Shown piece after piece: positions 61,811 to 64,000 of a stretch of DNA of 64,000 bases (the first letter of the stretch is position 1; each line of letters starts with the position of its first letter). The translations under genes and the position numbers were made by a program. The stretch lies in the NCBI GenBank assembly GCA_964016885.1, contig OZ024742.1, positions 270,382,001-270,446,000 on the forward strand. The letters run 5' to 3'. The notes beneath the pieces are model-generated. The model searched no databases, was not told the origin of the DNA, and saw only the letters and a program-made list of their open reading frames with translations. This DNA is from Eledone cirrhosa (taxonomy: Eukaryota).

Positions 61811-63643
61811 ATGTCTCGACAGTCAGTTATTTATCAGTCTCACAGGATGGTACGGTGTATGTTCTTTTCTGTAAAATAATAATTTAGAACAGATTATGAA
61901 AATAAACATTAAATATACTCCAGTCTAGAGGTGCATACTCGGCGTCGATATATTTACTTTGATCTAAACTCGTGTCACTGCATACGTGTAAGTACTGATA
62001 TCTTATAGTTTGGTTCTTCCATTAAAAACTTTTATTGAGAGACGCACACAGAGCAATCATGTTGATCTGCCGTCTATCAATCAGTCCCAGGGTGGTGGTG
62101 ACCTTTGTGTTTGTGGCAAAATATGGAACACCACATGTGGCTTTATGCCAAACTAATACTCTAAGAAATCTTTGGACGTAAGATATTTAAGGAAGAGGCT
62201 GATAACACTTACCCTTAATATTGTCGAAATTGTTGTATGAGTTGTTTTTGTTATTTTGTTTTACACCTATTCTGATTGTAACAGTCAATTTCGTTAAAAT
62301 CACCGAAAAATTAAAGATTGAATAACTTTATATTTTAATCATTACGTCCATTCATTTGTACTTTCAGCCATCAGAAACATTTGACAAGTCAGTTTATTTT
62401 CTGAACCGTTGGTATAGTGTTAATAGTAGAGAAAGTAATTTTATTAAGTTGGAGAGGAAGCGTAATAAAATATTTGCACCACTACAAACTTTATTCTCAG
62501 TGTGATAAAGTGCATCCTTATCTCGCAATGAGTTTATATGATTCAGTATGTTTGTGTATCATGGCTCATGTGAGTGATTTCATTGGCCAAACAAACATCT
62601 GTATAGGCTCGACGATTTCTGTGTGTTTATGCTTTGTACTAACCTCGGATCCTCGGATCCGAAGGCATCAGGTGCATTTGAATCCATTATTCACCGTTCT
62701 AATTCGTGTAGATCTAAAAAAGGAACATTGATTTATAGTGCCTATTACCCTTTGCTCAGCATACTCCTTTGATTGTTCAATCCAAATGCACACTAACATT
62801 CTAGCATTGAATGTGAAGGCAGGACAGGTGATCAGATAAACAATTTATTGTATTAACTGCCTGTATATCAATATATACAGAACAGTGGCCAACATTTTTG
62901 GATTATTGATAATCGTTCATCTTCCAAATGTGGCGCCTGGAAAATGCTTCGAGATAGTGGAAGCTTCTCTTTAAGATATCTCTGTAAAACCTGAATAACG
63001 TAAAATTGATTTCACGTTACTTTGAAAAGGGTGTGATACATCGAGAGAAAATTATATGGTGAGATTCAATTTGGGAAACGAGAATATATAAAACATTTTG
63101 TTTTAAAAGTGAAATAAAAACTAATGCCATTTTACACACTGATCAGCATGCCTAATGCATGAGATTAAATCGCTTTTCCAAATGCGGTAACAGGACTAAA
63201 AATACATTCAGTACGCATATAGAAATCCGTAAACCAGGTTTGGAAAAATATCAGGTCTGTACTTGTCACCAAAGATGACAGGTCTAAACCTGTCATCTGC
63301 AGATATGTTGAAAGTTGAAGCAAGGAATAAATAATAAATCATATATAAATAAAAAATAAGTTACTAAATAATAATAGAAAGAAAGCGGCTGAAAAATATT
63401 CCACGTTATAGATGAGATGTAAAATATTCTGCTTTAGGATGTCGACTACGATGATGTAAATTAATTCAATGCATTGAATCAATCACGAAAAAGCACATAC
63501 GGACATGCACACACAAACATACACACGCAAATACATAAGTGCGTGTGTCTGTATGTATGCGGCTCTTCCGATGATCATATAAATGTACAGATAAAACTCG
63601 AGCAATAAAACTCAGCAGTAAGACATATATGTATGTATCTCTT

Positions 63644-63769
<126 letters not shown>

Positions 63770-64000
63770 ATTCGGGGATTGTAACGTCTAATTACTGTAG
63801 GTTCACCAAAGTGAGCGCTCGTAATTTCAAGTAGGTATACTGTTGCTGTACTAAGCAGAATGTAATCATAATAATAATAGTTGCAATAGGTGTCAGGAAT
63901 ACACTAGGCATATATCAGAAACAATACTGAAGAAAAAGGAAAAATAATAATAATAATAATAAAAAGAACGAGATGATAGATCTTCATTACATTTATTGAG

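Noticed and set aside
63273-63298. Hairpin AGATGACAGGT-CTAA-ACCTGTCATCT as a hammerhead stem II
   Set aside because: Core (CCAAAGA) and spacing to GAAA are too degenerate, and no stem I was found
61860-63450. Possible host exons in non-repetitive sequence (ORF 62417-62731); likewise 39480-40460
   Set aside because: No recognisable protein motif or convincing splice pair

Overview
AT-rich eukaryotic intergenic or intronic DNA. The repeat content suggests a cephalopod (octopus-like) genome, but this is inferred from SINE and microsatellite style only. I found no host gene. Nearly all ORFs in the track are artefacts of (TA)n, (CA)n or (TAA)n tracts. The window is a mosaic of decayed transposons: Penelope-like elements (one Neptune-like and four Naiad-like GIY-YIG fragments), R4/Dong RLE elements in (TAA)n, Tx1/L1 elements including an ORF1-only derivative, RTE LINEs, a Helitron remnant, a Buster/Charlie hAT remnant and two tRNA-derived SINE families. 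The main hidden structure is about 25 type-I hammerhead ribozyme motifs (CUGANGA...GAAA...NUH) from more than 10 sequence families. They lie in Penelope pseudo-LTR-like units inserted in (TA)n. Many form head-to-head fold-back palindromes, some show compensatory stem changes, and some have very long stem II or non-canonical cores. Twin-priming-type 5' inversions also occur in a Tx1 and an RTE insertion.
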